A stretch of 64,000 nucleotides of DNA from Thermodesulfobacteriota bacterium (GCA_036781285.1 DAIQBH010000002.1:6710-70709); one strand, 5' to 3'; positions 18,257-32,432 are shown, counted from the first letter of the stretch. Numbers and translations: made by a program. The notes: generated by a model from the sequence alone, not told the origin.

Positions 18257-19012
18257 TCACAAAGCGTGCGGCACGACGTCCGCGAGAACGTCCAACGTCT
18301 CCTTCAATCGGGCAGCGGTCGCGCGGCGATCCGCGCCCCGTACGGCGGGGATGGGCTCGCCCATCGCGGCGACGATGCGACAGCGCGGCGCCGGCACGCG
18401 CACCCTCGATTGCGGGGCCAGCGAGAACGACGGCGCCACCTGCACGGCGATCGGCAGGATCGTCGCGCGCAGGGACGCGGCGAGCCCGATCACGCCGGTA
18501 CCGACCTGGCGATACGGTCCACCGCCGTCGACGGGGAACGCGCACGAGCCGCCCTCGCGGATCACTTCGTACACCGCGCGCACGCGATCCGGATCGTCGA
18601 GGCGCGGCAGCAGCGCGAAGCGGCCGCCGAGATCCTCGATGATGGCGCCGCTCACGCGCCCCGTCAGCGTGTCGTCCACGAGACAGCGCAGCGTCCGCAT
18701 CAGCGCGAGAAACCCGGGATGCACGAGCGCGAGCGCCGCCACGCCGAGCGCGTCCGCAATGTAATAACTCAGGAGCAGCGGCTGGACGCGCCGACCGTAG
18801 GCGGCGAGGCGCGCGTCGACGTCACGGGTGTCGAGAAACGCGCCGCCCGCGTCCATCCACGTCCATCGGCTGGATCGTGCGACCACCCGCAGGTACCCGA
18901 GCATCCCCCGCGCGAGCACCCGCTCGCGCCGCGAGATCGAGGGCGCCACCCACGTCGGTCCCGCGGTGCGGGCATGCGGCGATCCGAGCGGTCGAGCGCG
19001 TTGGGCCTGCAC
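18257..19012 (-). CDS. DUF374-like / lysophospholipid-acyltransferase-superfamily protein (tentative)
   Basis: REGGSCAFPVDGGGPY followed by GTGVIGLAASLRATILPIAV resembles the RGG...DGPRGP...G.G...LA....PI.PV layout I recall for DUF374 proteins that sit next to dedicated ACP/KAS genes. Assignment from memory only. Confidence 0.35.
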   Translation of the reverse strand: MQAQRARPLGSPHARTAGPTWVAPSISRRERVLARGMLGYLRVVARSSRWTWMDAGGAFLDTRDVDARLAAYGRRVQPLLLSYYIADALGVAALALVHPGFLALMRTLRCLVDDTLTGRVSGAIIEDLGGRFALLPRLDDPDRVRAVYEVIREGGSCAFPVDGGGPYRQVGTGVIGLAASLRATILPIAVQVAPSFSLAPQSRVRVPAPRCRIVAAMGEPIPAVRGADRRATAARLKETLDVLADVVPHAL

Positions 19013-19022
19013 GACGGCTCGC

Positions 19023-19292
19023 TCAGGAAGCCCGCAGCAGCGCGACGTGCTCCCGTACGAGCATCTCGACGTCCGCGACCGTCGCGACCTTGGCGAGCTC
19101 CGCCACGTCGATCGCCCCGATCCCGAAGGTCTCCTCCGCCGCGAAGAGGATGTTCAGCGCGGCGACCGAGTCCATGCCGAGGTCCTGGCGTAGGTTCGCG
19201 TCCGGCACGACCTTGTCCGCATCGAGCTGCAACTCGACCGCGATGATGTCGCGTATCCTGGCTTGCAGGTTGTCCACCGATGGCTCCTTCAC
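19023..19292 (-). CDS. Acyl carrier protein (dedicated or specialised ACP)
   Basis: 89 aa. Phosphopantetheine-attachment motif DLGMDSV. GTG start overlaps the KAS stop (GTGA). Confidence 0.85.
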   Translation of the reverse strand: MKEPSVDNLQARIRDIIAVELQLDADKVVPDANLRQDLGMDSVAALNILFAAEETFGIGAIDVAELAKVATVADVEMLVREHVALLRAS

Positions 19293-20581
19293 TGTCGCGG
19301 CGCGCGTACGACGAGCGCCGCATTGCGCGATCCGAACCCGAACGACGTGGAGAGCACCGCGCGGAGCGGCGCCCGTCGAGCGCCCTCCGTCACGTAGTCG
19401 AGATCGCACTCCGGATCCGGCGCGCGCAGGTTGATGGTGGGGGGGACGACGCCCTCGTGAATCGCCAACGCGGCGATGATGAGCTCGACCGCGGCCGAGG
19501 CGCCGATCATGTGCCCGAGCATCGACTTCGACGAGCTCACCGGGATGCGTGACGCGTGCTCGCCGAGCGCATGCTTCAGGATGACCGTCTCGATCGAGTC
19601 GTTCTTGGCGGTGCTGGTGCCGTGGGCATTCACGTAGTCGATCTCGTCGGGCCGGAGCCCGGCATGCCGGAGCGCCTGCTGCACGGCGCGGACGCCCTGC
19701 GACCCGTCGACGGACGGTTGCAGGTGGTGATGCGCGTCCGACGTCGCTCCGAAGCCGGCGAGCTCCGCGTAGATACGCGCGCCGCGCTCGCGTGCCACGT
19801 CCTCGGCCTCGAGCAGGAGGACCCCGGCGCCCTCCGACAGGACGAACCCGCACCGATCGCGTGAGAACGGACGCGAGGACTGCTCGGGTGGATCGTTCAG
19901 TCGCGAGACGACCTGGAGCCGGTCGAATGCATGGAATAGCAGCGGAAAGATCGGGGCGTCGCTGCCGCCGACGAGCGCGGCATCCAACACACCCGACGCG
20001 ATCTGCCCCATCGCGAGACCCGCGGCGTCGGCACCCGCGGTGCACGCCGTCGAGATCGAGAACGCGGGACCGCGAAGGCCGAGGGCGATCGCGACCTCCG
20101 ACGGCAGGCTGCCTGGATACTGGAGCGGACACATCGGGTGGACCCGCTCGATGCCGCGCTCGTCGAACGTGAGCCCATCCGAAACGTTCCGGCTGATCGC
20201 GCCAACGGCGCTGCCGATGCACACGCCGACGCGATCCGGATCGAACGCGCCCGCACCGCGCGCGTCCTCCCACGCCATGCGCGCCGCCGCGAAGCCGAAG
20301 TGCAGATAGCGCGAGAACGCCTGGATCTCGCGCCGGGCGAGGAAATCTTCCGCGACGAAGTCACGGATCTCGCCCGCGACGCGGCTATGACAGCCGCTCG
20401 CATCGAAGGAAGCGATCTCTTTCGTACCCGACCGACCCGCGGCGACCGCGCTCCATGTTTCGGGGACGCCGATACCGCAGGGTGTGACGCAACCAAGGCC
20501 GGTGATGACTACTCGCCGCAAGCGCGAACGTCTTTCTCCGAGGGGTGTGTCAAAGTAGCGCAGCCGCAAACGCACAAGCAA
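19289..20581 (-). CDS. Beta-ketoacyl-ACP synthase II-like (FabF family). Start uncertain: TTG at 20581 or an internal start near RRVVITGLG.
   Basis: Cys-His-His triad context (STACTAG, DAHHHLQPS, NAHGTSTAKND, LGHMIGASAAVE). Confidence 0.88.
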   Translation of the reverse strand: MLVRLRLRYFDTPLGERRSRLRRVVITGLGCVTPCGIGVPETWSAVAAGRSGTKEIASFDASGCHSRVAGEIRDFVAEDFLARREIQAFSRYLHFGFAAARMAWEDARGAGAFDPDRVGVCIGSAVGAISRNVSDGLTFDERGIERVHPMCPLQYPGSLPSEVAIALGLRGPAFSISTACTAGADAAGLAMGQIASGVLDAALVGGSDAPIFPLLFHAFDRLQVVSRLNDPPEQSSRPFSRDRCGFVLSEGAGVLLLEAEDVARERGARIYAELAGFGATSDAHHHLQPSVDGSQGVRAVQQALRHAGLRPDEIDYVNAHGTSTAKNDSIETVILKHALGEHASRIPVSSSKSMLGHMIGASAAVELIIAALAIHEGVVPPTINLRAPDPECDLDYVTEGARRAPLRAVLSTSFGFGSRNAALVVRAPRQ

Positions 20582-20710
20582 GGCGCGCAGCGTTCATTCT
20601 GCGCCTCCGCACCGCGCACCGCACGGCGAGCGCTCTCCATGGCGCTATCTGTAGTGGTCGCACCCGCACGCACCCACCAGCGCGCCACCTCGCCGAACGG
20701 CGTCGCGACG

Positions 20711-21226
20711 TCAGGTGCGACCGATGCGGCGAAGGTGTGCGGGCGCGAGGAAGAATTCGAGCGCCCCCGCCGAGCGTGGCGGCAAGCTCGCGACGACGAT
20801 GCCGGCGAGTCCCGCCTTCCGGAATCCCATGTGCAGGAGACCCGGCGTCCCGACGAGCAACGTCGACGCGAGCGCGGCGAGATCCGGCTCGTGACCGACG
20901 AGCACCAGACCGGTCGGGCGTCCGACGTGCGCGAGCGCCGCAATCACCGCGTCGGGACCCGCACCCGGCGTGAGCGCCGGCATGATCTCGATTTCGCGCT
21001 TCGACTCGAACCCCTCGGCGACGATCTCGGCGGTCTCGACGGCGCGCCGGAGCGGGCTCGACATCACGAGGTCGACGGGGAGCTCGAGCGCGCGCATGCC
21101 GGCGACGACCTCGCGCAGCTTGCGCTTCCCCTCGCCGGTCAGGCGGCGATCCTCGTCACGCCCGCTCGCGCTCGCGTCCTCGGCGATGGCGTGACGGAGC
21201 AGCATCACCAGATGCGGACCGGCCAT
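20711..21226 (-). CDS. Histidine phosphatase superfamily protein, SixA-like phosphohistidine phosphatase
   Basis: ATG at 21226. RHG-type motif LLRHAIAED at the N-terminus and HEPDL near the C-terminus. About 170 aa, as for SixA. Confidence 0.65.
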   Translation of the reverse strand: MAGPHLVMLLRHAIAEDASASGRDEDRRLTGEGKRKLREVVAGMRALELPVDLVMSSPLRRAVETAEIVAEGFESKREIEIMPALTPGAGPDAVIAALAHVGRPTGLVLVGHEPDLAALASTLLVGTPGLLHMGFRKAGLAGIVVASLPPRSAGALEFFLAPAHLRRIGRT

Positions 21227-21323
21227 GCGTCGGCTGTCGCAGATCGCGCCGGGTCGCGCAACAGGGTCGCGTTGACTCGGCTCAGCGACGCGGCCCAAGG
21301 TCGCAACGGACACCCGCATCACG

Positions 21324-22421
21324 ATGACCGACGATCGCGACCAACGCACGCCGGAGGAGCTCGCGTACCTGCGAGCCGTACTCGCCGCGAGCACCGTAGC
21401 GGCCGAGGTGCTCATGGCGATGGAGGACGTCGCGGAACGGCTGGCGCCCGAACGATCGGCGTTGCTCGCGACGGAGGTCGCGACGCGGTTCGACGGGCCG
21501 CTGGCCATGCACGGCGCGGCGCTCGCCGCCGCACCCGCCCCGACCGCGCTCTCGAGCTTCGATCGCCTCTTCGCGGCCGGTTTTCAGCACACGCGTGAAT
21601 GCGCCGCCCTCTTCGGTGGATTTCCGAACGCCCCGGCAGCGGAGCGCATCCCGCGCATCCTGACCGCGCTCCATCATCACGCGCAGGCGCAGGAGCACTT
21701 CTACGTCGTCCGCTCGCTCCTGCCGGCGTTCCGCGACTACTGGTCGCCGGACCGCCCATCCGACACCGTCCATCCCGCGGCGCCGCCGCACTCGGCGCTC
21801 GTGCGGGTCTCCGCCGGTGGCCACCACGGCGGCTTCGTGGTGTACGTCCCGGAGGAGTACGACGGCTCCCGCCCCTGGCCCCTGATCGTCGCCTTGCACG
21901 GCGGCTCGGGAAACGGCCGCGACTTCCTCTGGACGTGGGTGCGGGACGCGAAGCGCGCCGGCTACCTCCTCGTCGCGCCGACCGCGGTCGGCGCGACCTG
22001 GGGTGCGGTCGACGAAATCGGGCTCCTCGAGATCGTCGCGTGGCTCCGCACGCGTCATCGCGTCGACGGCGACCGCATCCTTCTCACGGGACTGTCCGAC
22101 GGCGGCACGTTCACGCTCGTCTACGGCCTCGCGCATCCCGAAATCTTCCGCGCGCTCGCCCCGTGCTGCGGCGTCTTCCATCCGGTGAGCTTCGCCAACG
22201 GCAACCTCGACCGCGCGCGCGACATGCCGATCTATCTGGTGCACGGCGCGCAGGACTTCCTCTTCCCGGTCGGCCTCGCCCATGTCACCCGTGACACCCT
22301 CACCGCCGCGGGAGCACGCCTCGCCTACCGCGAGCTGCCCGAGCTGTCGCACACCTATCCACGGAGCGAGAACCCGGCGATCCTCGACTGGTTCGCGGAG
22401 GTGGCGACGCCGCGCGCCTGA
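21324..22421 (+). CDS. Alpha/beta-hydrolase esterase (phospholipase/carboxylesterase or PHB-depolymerase-like)
   Basis: Nucleophile elbow GLSDGG. HGGSGNG oxyanion region. Conserved His near the C-terminus. Confidence 0.7.
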   Translation: MTDDRDQRTPEELAYLRAVLAASTVAAEVLMAMEDVAERLAPERSALLATEVATRFDGPLAMHGAALAAAPAPTALSSFDRLFAAGFQHTRECAALFGGFPNAPAAERIPRILTALHHHAQAQEHFYVVRSLLPAFRDYWSPDRPSDTVHPAAPPHSALVRVSAGGHHGGFVVYVPEEYDGSRPWPLIVALHGGSGNGRDFLWTWVRDAKRAGYLLVAPTAVGATWGAVDEIGLLEIVAWLRTRHRVDGDRILLTGLSDGGTFTLVYGLAHPEIFRALAPCCGVFHPVSFANGNLDRARDMPIYLVHGAQDFLFPVGLAHVTRDTLTAAGARLAYRELPELSHTYPRSENPAILDWFAEVATPRA

Positions 22422-22521
22422 GCCCACAGGCAGCGGAGCGCGGCCCCGGGCTGGCGGCGCCGTGGCGGAGGCGGGGCCGATCCGCTAGGGTCCTCCGCCA
22501 ACACATTTCAGGAGGACTCCC

Positions 22522-23292
22522 ATGAAGCTCGACAGTGTAGTGGCGATGGTGACCGGTGGTGCGTCCGGTCTCGGCGAAGCGACGGTGCGCACCCTCGTCG
22601 CCGGCGGCGGCCGCGCCGCGATCCTCGATCGTCCGAACTCGCCCGGCGAGAAGCTCGCGGCCGAGCTCGGCGCCAAATCCGCGATCTTCGTCCCGGCGGA
22701 CGTGACGTCGGAGGACGAGGTGAAGGCCGCGGTCGACAAGACGGTCGCGACGTTCGGCAAGGTGAACGTCTGCGTGAACTGCGCCGGCGTCGGCATCGCG
22801 GTACGGACGATCAGCAAGCAGGGCCCGCACTCCCTCGACATGTTCCACATGGTGCTCAAGGTGAACCTGCTCGGCACCTTCAACGCGATCCGCCTCGCCG
22901 CCGCCGCCATGGCGACGAACGAGCCGAACGAGGAGAAGGAGCGCGGCGTCATCATCAATACGGCATCGGTCGCCGCGTTCGACGGACAGATCGGTCAGGC
23001 CGCCTACTCGGCGTCCAAGGGAGGCGTCGTCGGCATGACGCTGCCGATCGCGCGCGACCTCGCCTCGATGGGCATCCGCGTCTGCACGATCGCTCCCGGA
23101 ACGTTCGATACGCCGATGTTGGCGCTCCTGCCCAAGGAGAACCGCGACGCCCTCGGCGCCGCCATCCCGTTCCCGTCGCGGCTCGGTCGCCCCGAGGAGT
23201 TCGCAGCACTCGCGAAGCACATCGTCGAGAACTCCATGCTCAACGGTGAGACGATCCGCCTCGACGGCGCGATCCGCATGCCGCCGAAGTAA
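22522..23292 (+). CDS. Short-chain dehydrogenase/reductase, 3-hydroxyacyl-CoA dehydrogenase type-2-like
   Basis: TGGASGLG cofactor motif, NCAG, catalytic YSASK. Good RBS (CAGGAGG). Confidence 0.9.
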   Translation: MKLDSVVAMVTGGASGLGEATVRTLVAGGGRAAILDRPNSPGEKLAAELGAKSAIFVPADVTSEDEVKAAVDKTVATFGKVNVCVNCAGVGIAVRTISKQGPHSLDMFHMVLKVNLLGTFNAIRLAAAAMATNEPNEEKERGVIINTASVAAFDGQIGQAAYSASKGGVVGMTLPIARDLASMGIRVCTIAPGTFDTPMLALLPKENRDALGAAIPFPSRLGRPEEFAALAKHIVENSMLNGETIRLDGAIRMPPK

Positions 23293-23316
23293 CCCATCGC
23301 ACCGAGAGCGAGCGAG

Positions 23317-23430
23317 GACCGCGGATTCACTCCGCGGTCCTCGGGCCATCGGAGCATTCGGGCGGGAAAGCGCCCGAAGCGCACGGGGCCGAAATCCATC
23401 CGACCGCGGATTCACTCCGCGGTCCTCGGG
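23317..23430. repeat. REP-like structured element filling a convergent intergenic region: two identical 29-nt copies (23317-23345 and 23402-23430), each an 8-bp-stem hairpin, flanking a third 8-bp-stem hairpin (23357-23378)
   Basis: gaccgcggattcactccgcggtcctcggg occurs twice exactly. Each contains the inverted repeat gaccgcgg/ccgcggtc. The middle ttcgggcg-ggaaag-cgcccgaa hairpin lies between the stops of two convergent genes. Confidence 0.55.
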
Positions 23431-23435
23431 ACGAT

Positions 23436-24014
23436 CTAGTCGACGTCGATCGTCTGGAGGAGGCTCGCCAGGTCCTCGGCGTGCTCCTCCTCGACGGCGA
23501 GGATGCCCTCGAGCATGCGGCGCGTGGTCGGATCCTTGTCGCCGACGTACGCGATCATCTCGCCGTACGAGTCGATCGCGACCCGTTCGGCCACGAGGTC
23601 CTCGCGGATCATCTCGATCAGGCTCTGACCCTCGACGTACTCCGAGTGGCTGCGCGTCAGCATGCCCTCGGGATTCAAATTCGGCTCGCCCCCGAGCTGG
23701 ACGATCCGGACCGCGAGCTCGTCGGCGTGCCCCTGCTCTTCGTTGGCGTGCTGGAGGAACTCCTGCGCGACCGACTGCGCGTGGATGCCGTTCGCCATGA
23801 AGTAGTGCCGCTTGTACCGGAGCACGCACACGATCTCGGTCGCGAGCGCCTCGTTCAGGAGCTTCACGACGACCTCGGGATCGGCCCGGTACCCTTCCGT
23901 GACCGCGCCGCGCTCGATGTGCTGGCGCGCGCGCCGGCGCAGCTCCTTCACGTCAGTGAGGAACGGCTTCTGCTTCTCGGCCTTGTTCGACTTGCTGCCC
24001 TTGTTCTTCTTCAC
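23436..24014 (-). CDS. Ferritin-like (bacterioferritin/Dps-related) protein with a Lys-rich N-terminal tail
   Basis: Ferritin-like helices with ExxH-type ligand motifs (EEQGHADELAVRIVQLGGEPN, EEEHAEDL). N-terminal tail KKNKGSKSNKAEKQK. GTG start. Confidence 0.7.
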   Translation of the reverse strand: MKKNKGSKSNKAEKQKPFLTDVKELRRRARQHIERGAVTEGYRADPEVVVKLLNEALATEIVCVLRYKRHYFMANGIHAQSVAQEFLQHANEEQGHADELAVRIVQLGGEPNLNPEGMLTRSHSEYVEGQSLIEMIREDLVAERVAIDSYGEMIAYVGDKDPTTRRMLEGILAVEEEHAEDLASLLQTIDVD

Positions 24015-24047
24015 GATGCGCTGGCTCCTCTTTCTGGGGGGACTCGC

Positions 24048-24557
24048 CTAGGGTCGTTGTTGGTCGGCGAAGCGGCCGGCGTACGTCGCCTGCCCTTCGG
24101 TGCGTTGGAGAACGATCTGGAGGAGGCGGGTGCCGGCGCGGATCGCGAGCGGCCGTCCGGCGACGTTCGACATCTCGAGCACCTGACGATTGTCCACGCC
24201 CGGCTGCACGAACCCCGACGTGACGTGGATCATCAAGCCGAGCCGCGCATAGCGGCTCCGGCCCTCGAGCCAACCGCCGATGTCGGGCGGTAGCTTGATG
24301 CGCTCGCGAGTGATCCCGTGGATCGTCTCGCCCGGCTGGAGCACGTACGGCTCGACCAGCGGCCGCACCTCCGTCACGGAGCGGTAGTCGGTCGCCTCGT
24401 CGATGTCGATGACCGGAGGCCCGCCCTGCATGACCCGGATCTCGTCACCGAGATGGAGGTCGATCGAAGCGGGGCCGATCTGATCGGGATCGAGAGGGTC
24501 GATGACGAGCCGTCCACTGGCGATTTCGCGCACGATCACGTCGTGGGTCAGGATCAA
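24048..24557 (-). CDS. dcd: dCTP deaminase. Start tentatively TTG at 24557, which gives an N-terminus collinear with Dcd and sits 7 nt after GGAG.
   Basis: LILTHDVIVREIASGRLVIDP...SIDLHLG matches the Dcd N-terminus and dUTPase-like core. Confidence 0.8.
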   Translation of the reverse strand: MILTHDVIVREIASGRLVIDPLDPDQIGPASIDLHLGDEIRVMQGGPPVIDIDEATDYRSVTEVRPLVEPYVLQPGETIHGITRERIKLPPDIGGWLEGRSRYARLGLMIHVTSGFVQPGVDNRQVLEMSNVAGRPLAIRAGTRLLQIVLQRTEGQATYAGRFADQQRP

Positions 24558-24689
24558 TTGGGAGTCTCCTCGGCGCGCAATGTAGCGGTGCGTCCTGAGG
24601 CAGGCGAGCCACGTCGTGCCGGGCGGCGACGGCCCCATTCGGGAGGCGAATGCCGCGCATCACGCAAAGCGCCACAAACCTAATGAAAC

Positions 24690-24716
24690 TTGACAGATTG
24701 TAGGATCCTCTATACG
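24690..24716 (+). promoter_or_regulatory. Candidate sigma-70-type promoter for lrp (TTGACA-15-TATACG) inside a locally AT-rich island
   Basis: Near-consensus -35 hexamer about 55 nt upstream of the lrp ATG. AT-rich block in an otherwise about 70% GC genome. The -10 element is weak. Confidence 0.3.
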
Positions 24717-24745
24717 TCCGTTCGGCCGACAGGGGGCCATACCTC

Positions 24746-25288
24746 ATGAAATTAGGCGAAGAGCACGCAGACCTCGATGACATCGATCGTCAGATTCTTG
24801 CGCTCATGCAGGAGAATTGCCGGCTTCCGCTCGCCAAGATCGGCGAGAAGGTCGGCCTCTCGGCCCCGTCGGTGATGGAGCGCGTCAAGAAGCTCGAGGA
24901 CGGCGGCATCATCACCGCCTACCGTGCGGTCGTGAACGCGCGATTGCTCGGCAAGGACATCACGGCGTTCATCGGGGTGTCGACGGGACATCCGCATGCG
25001 ATCGACAGCTTCGAGCGCGAGGTCGAGATGCTCGCCGACGTGCTCGAGTGTCATCACGTTACGGGAATGCACACGATGATTTTGAAGGCGAAGACGCGCA
25101 ACACGTCGTCGTTGGAGGAGCTGATCAGCCGAATCCGGTCGATCGAAGGGGTGGTGCGGACGGAGACGATGGTGGTGCTGTCGACCCACACCGAGCGTAT
25201 TCAAGTGCCGGTGGTGGAACCGGCCCCGGCGCCGAAGCGGAGCCGCCGGACCGCGGACAAGGCCCTGCACCTGAAGGGCGTGCACTAG
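24746..25288 (+). CDS. lrp: Lrp/AsnC-family transcriptional regulator
   Basis: N-terminal HTH (DIDRQILALMQENCRLPLAKIGEKVGLSAPSVMERVKKL) and a RAM domain. Located immediately upstream of gltBD, which Lrp controls in enterics. Confidence 0.88.
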   Translation: MKLGEEHADLDDIDRQILALMQENCRLPLAKIGEKVGLSAPSVMERVKKLEDGGIITAYRAVVNARLLGKDITAFIGVSTGHPHAIDSFEREVEMLADVLECHHVTGMHTMILKAKTRNTSSLEELISRIRSIEGVVRTETMVVLSTHTERIQVPVVEPAPAPKRSRRTADKALHLKGVH

Positions 25289-25300
25289 GAGGAGCCACCC

Positions 25301-29836
<4,536 letters not shown>

Positions 29837-29840
29837 ACAC

Positions 29841-31292
29841 ATGGGAAAGATCACCGGATTTCTGGAAATCCCTCGCGAGCTGCCGGCCCGGCGGCCGGTT
29901 TCCGAGCGGCTGAAGGATTGGCAGGAGCTCGAGGGCAAGCTGCCCGAGGACAAGCTTCAGCAACAGGGGGCGCGCTGCATGGATTGCGGCATTCCATTGT
30001 GTCACAAGGGCTGCCCGCTGGGGAACATCATACCCGATTGGAACGACCTCGTGTATCGCGGCCGCTGGAAGGACGCGATCGACCGCCTGCACTCGACGAA
30101 CAACTTCCCCGAGTTCACGGGTCGCGTCTGTCCGGCGCCGTGCGAGGAAGCCTGCGTGCTCCGGATCAACGACGACCCGGTCACGATCAAGCAGATCGAG
30201 AAACAGATCATCGACCACGCCTTCAAGGAGGGGTGGATCGTGCCCGTGCCGCCGAGTCAACGCACGGGCAAGAAGGTCGCCGTCGTGGGATCGGGCCCGG
30301 CGGGCCTCGCGGCCGCCGCGCAGCTGAATCGGGCCGGCCACTCGGTCGAGGTCTTCGAGCGCGCCGATCGGATCGGCGGGCTTCTGATGTACGGCATTCC
30401 CGACTTCAAGCTCGAGAAGCACCTCGTCGAGCGCCGCGTGCAGCAAATGCGTGACGAGGGCGTCGTGTTTCACGTCGAGGCCAACGTCGGCGGGAACATC
30501 GCCGTGGCCGACCTCAAGTCGAAGTTCGACGCGATCGTCCTCTGCGGCGGCGCGACAGCCGCCCGCGACCTGCCGATTCCCGGCCGCGATCTCAAGGGGA
30601 TTCATCTCGCGATGGATTTCCTGCCGCAGCAGAACAAGAAGGTCGCCGGCGACGACGTCCCGAACCAGATCCTCGCGACCGGCAAGAACGTCGTGATCCT
30701 CGGCGGCGGCGACACGGGATCCGATTGCCTCGGCACCTCGAATCGGCAGGGCGCGAAGAGCGTCTACCAGTTCGAGCTACTCCCCAAGCCGCCTGAGGAC
30801 CGCACAGAAGACATCGCGCCCTGGCCGTACTGGCCCATGATCCTCCGCAGCTCGAGCTCGCACGAGGAAGGCGTCGTCCGTGACTGGAGCATCAACACGA
30901 AGAAGTTCAGCGGCGACGCCAACGGCAACGTGACGAAGCTCCACGGCGTGCGACTCGAGTGGAAGAAGGGCGAGAATGGCCGTCCGCTGATGGTCGAGGT
31001 ACCCGGCAGCGAGTTCGAGCTCGATGCCGACCTCGTGCTGCTCGCCATGGGATTCGTCGGGCCGGAGAAACCGGGAATGATCGAGCAGCTCGGGGTGGCG
31101 CTCGACGAGCGTGGGAACGTGTCCGTGGGCGCGGACTACCAGTCGAGCGTGCCCGGTGTCTTCGCGTGCGGCGACATGCGGCGTGGGCAGTCGCTCGTCG
31201 TATGGGCGATCTGGGAAGGCCGCGAGGCCGCGCGCGGGGTCGACACCTATCTCATGGGCGAGACGAGCCTGCCCGCGAGTCCCGAGCTCTAG
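29841..31292 (+). CDS. gltD: Glutamate synthase small subunit
   Basis: ATG at 29841. Cys clusters for Fe-S. FAD/NAD(P)-binding [10 protein letters not shown] and [11 protein letters not shown] motifs. Confidence 0.95.
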   Translation: MGKITGFLEIPRELPARRPVSERLKDWQELEGKLPEDKLQQQGARCMDCGIPLCHKGCPLGNIIPDWNDLVYRGRWKDAIDRLHSTNNFPEFTGRVCPAPCEEACVLRINDDPVTIKQIEKQIIDHAFKEGWIVPVPPSQRTGKKVAVVGSGPAGLAAAAQLNRAGHSVEVFERADRIGGLLMYGIPDFKLEKHLVERRVQQMRDEGVVFHVEANVGGNIAVADLKSKFDAIVLCGGATAARDLPIPGRDLKGIHLAMDFLPQQNKKVAGDDVPNQILATGKNVVILGGGDTGSDCLGTSNRQGAKSVYQFELLPKPPEDRTEDIAPWPYWPMILRSSSSHEEGVVRDWSINTKKFSGDANGNVTKLHGVRLEWKKGENGRPLMVEVPGSEFELDADLVLLAMGFVGPEKPGMIEQLGVALDERGNVSVGADYQSSVPGVFACGDMRRGQSLVVWAIWEGREAARGVDTYLMGETSLPASPEL

Positions 31293-31332
31293 CAGCTGCC
31301 GACGGTTGCAGGCGGCCGCCGACCCGGCGAGG

Positions 31333-32400
31333 ATGCGCCCCGTGCGGCTCGTCCTCGTCGCGTTGCTGGCCTGCCTCGCGATCCCATCGTCGCCGTACGC
31401 CGCGCCGCTGCGCTGCGGCGCGGTCGTCGACGAAGACGCCGTCCTCGACCGCGATCTCCGCTGCGACGGGGTCGCGGTCGTGCTCCGCAACCCGCGGAGC
31501 GTGCTCCATCTGAACGGCCACACGATCGAGTCTACCCGCTCGTGCGCCGACGGCGCCGCGCCGAGCGGCATCGTCGTCGAGCGCACCGCGGAGGGGGCGC
31601 AGATCCTCGGTCCCGGTCTCGTACGCGGCTTCGTGACCGGCATCGCGCTCGGAGACGCGGTGCGAGTGCAGGTACGGGAGGTCCGGGTGGCCGACAGCTG
31701 CGCCGTCGGCATCCTGGTCGTCGGGAGCGACGGCGTTCGCATGCGCGACGTGCTCCTGCATCGCAATGGCACCGCCGCGGACGACGGCGCCGCCATCCGG
31801 GTCGAGGAGAGCAGCCGGATCTTCCTGGAGGGCAGCGACGTGTTCGCGAACCACTCCGGCGCCAAGAGCGCGGCCATCGACCTCCGTGACTGCGACAACT
31901 GCCGGATGATCGCGAACCGGATCGTCGCCAACGCCGGCGCCGGCCTGCGGCTCGATCAAGAGTCGCGCGGCACCGTGGTCGAGCGCAACGTCGTCCTCGA
32001 TTCACGGGGGCGCGACGTCGTCGACACCAGCAACGACGGGACCTATGTGCTCAATCTGTTCGAGCGGGGTGACGGCATCCGACCACCAGCGCTCGCGCCC
32101 GCGACCGGCCCGCCCGCTCCGGCGCTTCCCGCCCCGGCCGGATGCGGCGTGATGCACGTCATGATTCCAGCGCGCGCCACCGAAACCGTGCAGTGCCCGC
32201 CCACGAGCGGCGCTCGCGCCGTTCGCAACGGCGTGGTCGCCTATCGCCTGCGGAATCCCCTGACCTTCCTGCCGTTCCACGTGAACTGCGAGGGGCTCGA
32301 GATGCGAGCGCCCGACGGCAACGCGGGCGGGTCGGTGCGCTGCACCAACCCGGAGCGGACATATCCCGCCCTGCTCGAAGTGACGTGCTGCCTCCAGTAG
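31333..32400 (+). CDS. Secreted right-handed parallel beta-helix protein with a Cys-rich C-terminal region ending ...CCLQ
   Basis: Signal peptide MRPVRLVLVALLACLAIPSSPYAA. Repeated short beta-helix rungs (VVLRNPRSVLHLNGHTIES..., IANRIVANAGAGLRLDQ...). Confidence 0.55.
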   Translation: MRPVRLVLVALLACLAIPSSPYAAPLRCGAVVDEDAVLDRDLRCDGVAVVLRNPRSVLHLNGHTIESTRSCADGAAPSGIVVERTAEGAQILGPGLVRGFVTGIALGDAVRVQVREVRVADSCAVGILVVGSDGVRMRDVLLHRNGTAADDGAAIRVEESSRIFLEGSDVFANHSGAKSAAIDLRDCDNCRMIANRIVANAGAGLRLDQESRGTVVERNVVLDSRGRDVVDTSNDGTYVLNLFERGDGIRPPALAPATGPPAPALPAPAGCGVMHVMIPARATETVQCPPTSGARAVRNGVVAYRLRNPLTFLPFHVNCEGLEMRAPDGNAGGSVRCTNPERTYPALLEVTCCLQ

Positions 32401-32432
32401 CGGCCGGCGCTCGACGGCCGTACCGGCGACGA

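Noticed and set aside
20138-21598. 486-aa plus-strand ORF
   Set aside because: Spans the antisense of the KAS and SixA genes plus the intergenic region. No domain content.
23317-23430. Possible CRISPR array
   Set aside because: Only two copies of the 29-nt repeat. The intervening sequence is itself a hairpin. No cas genes. Interpreted as a REP-like or terminator element instead.
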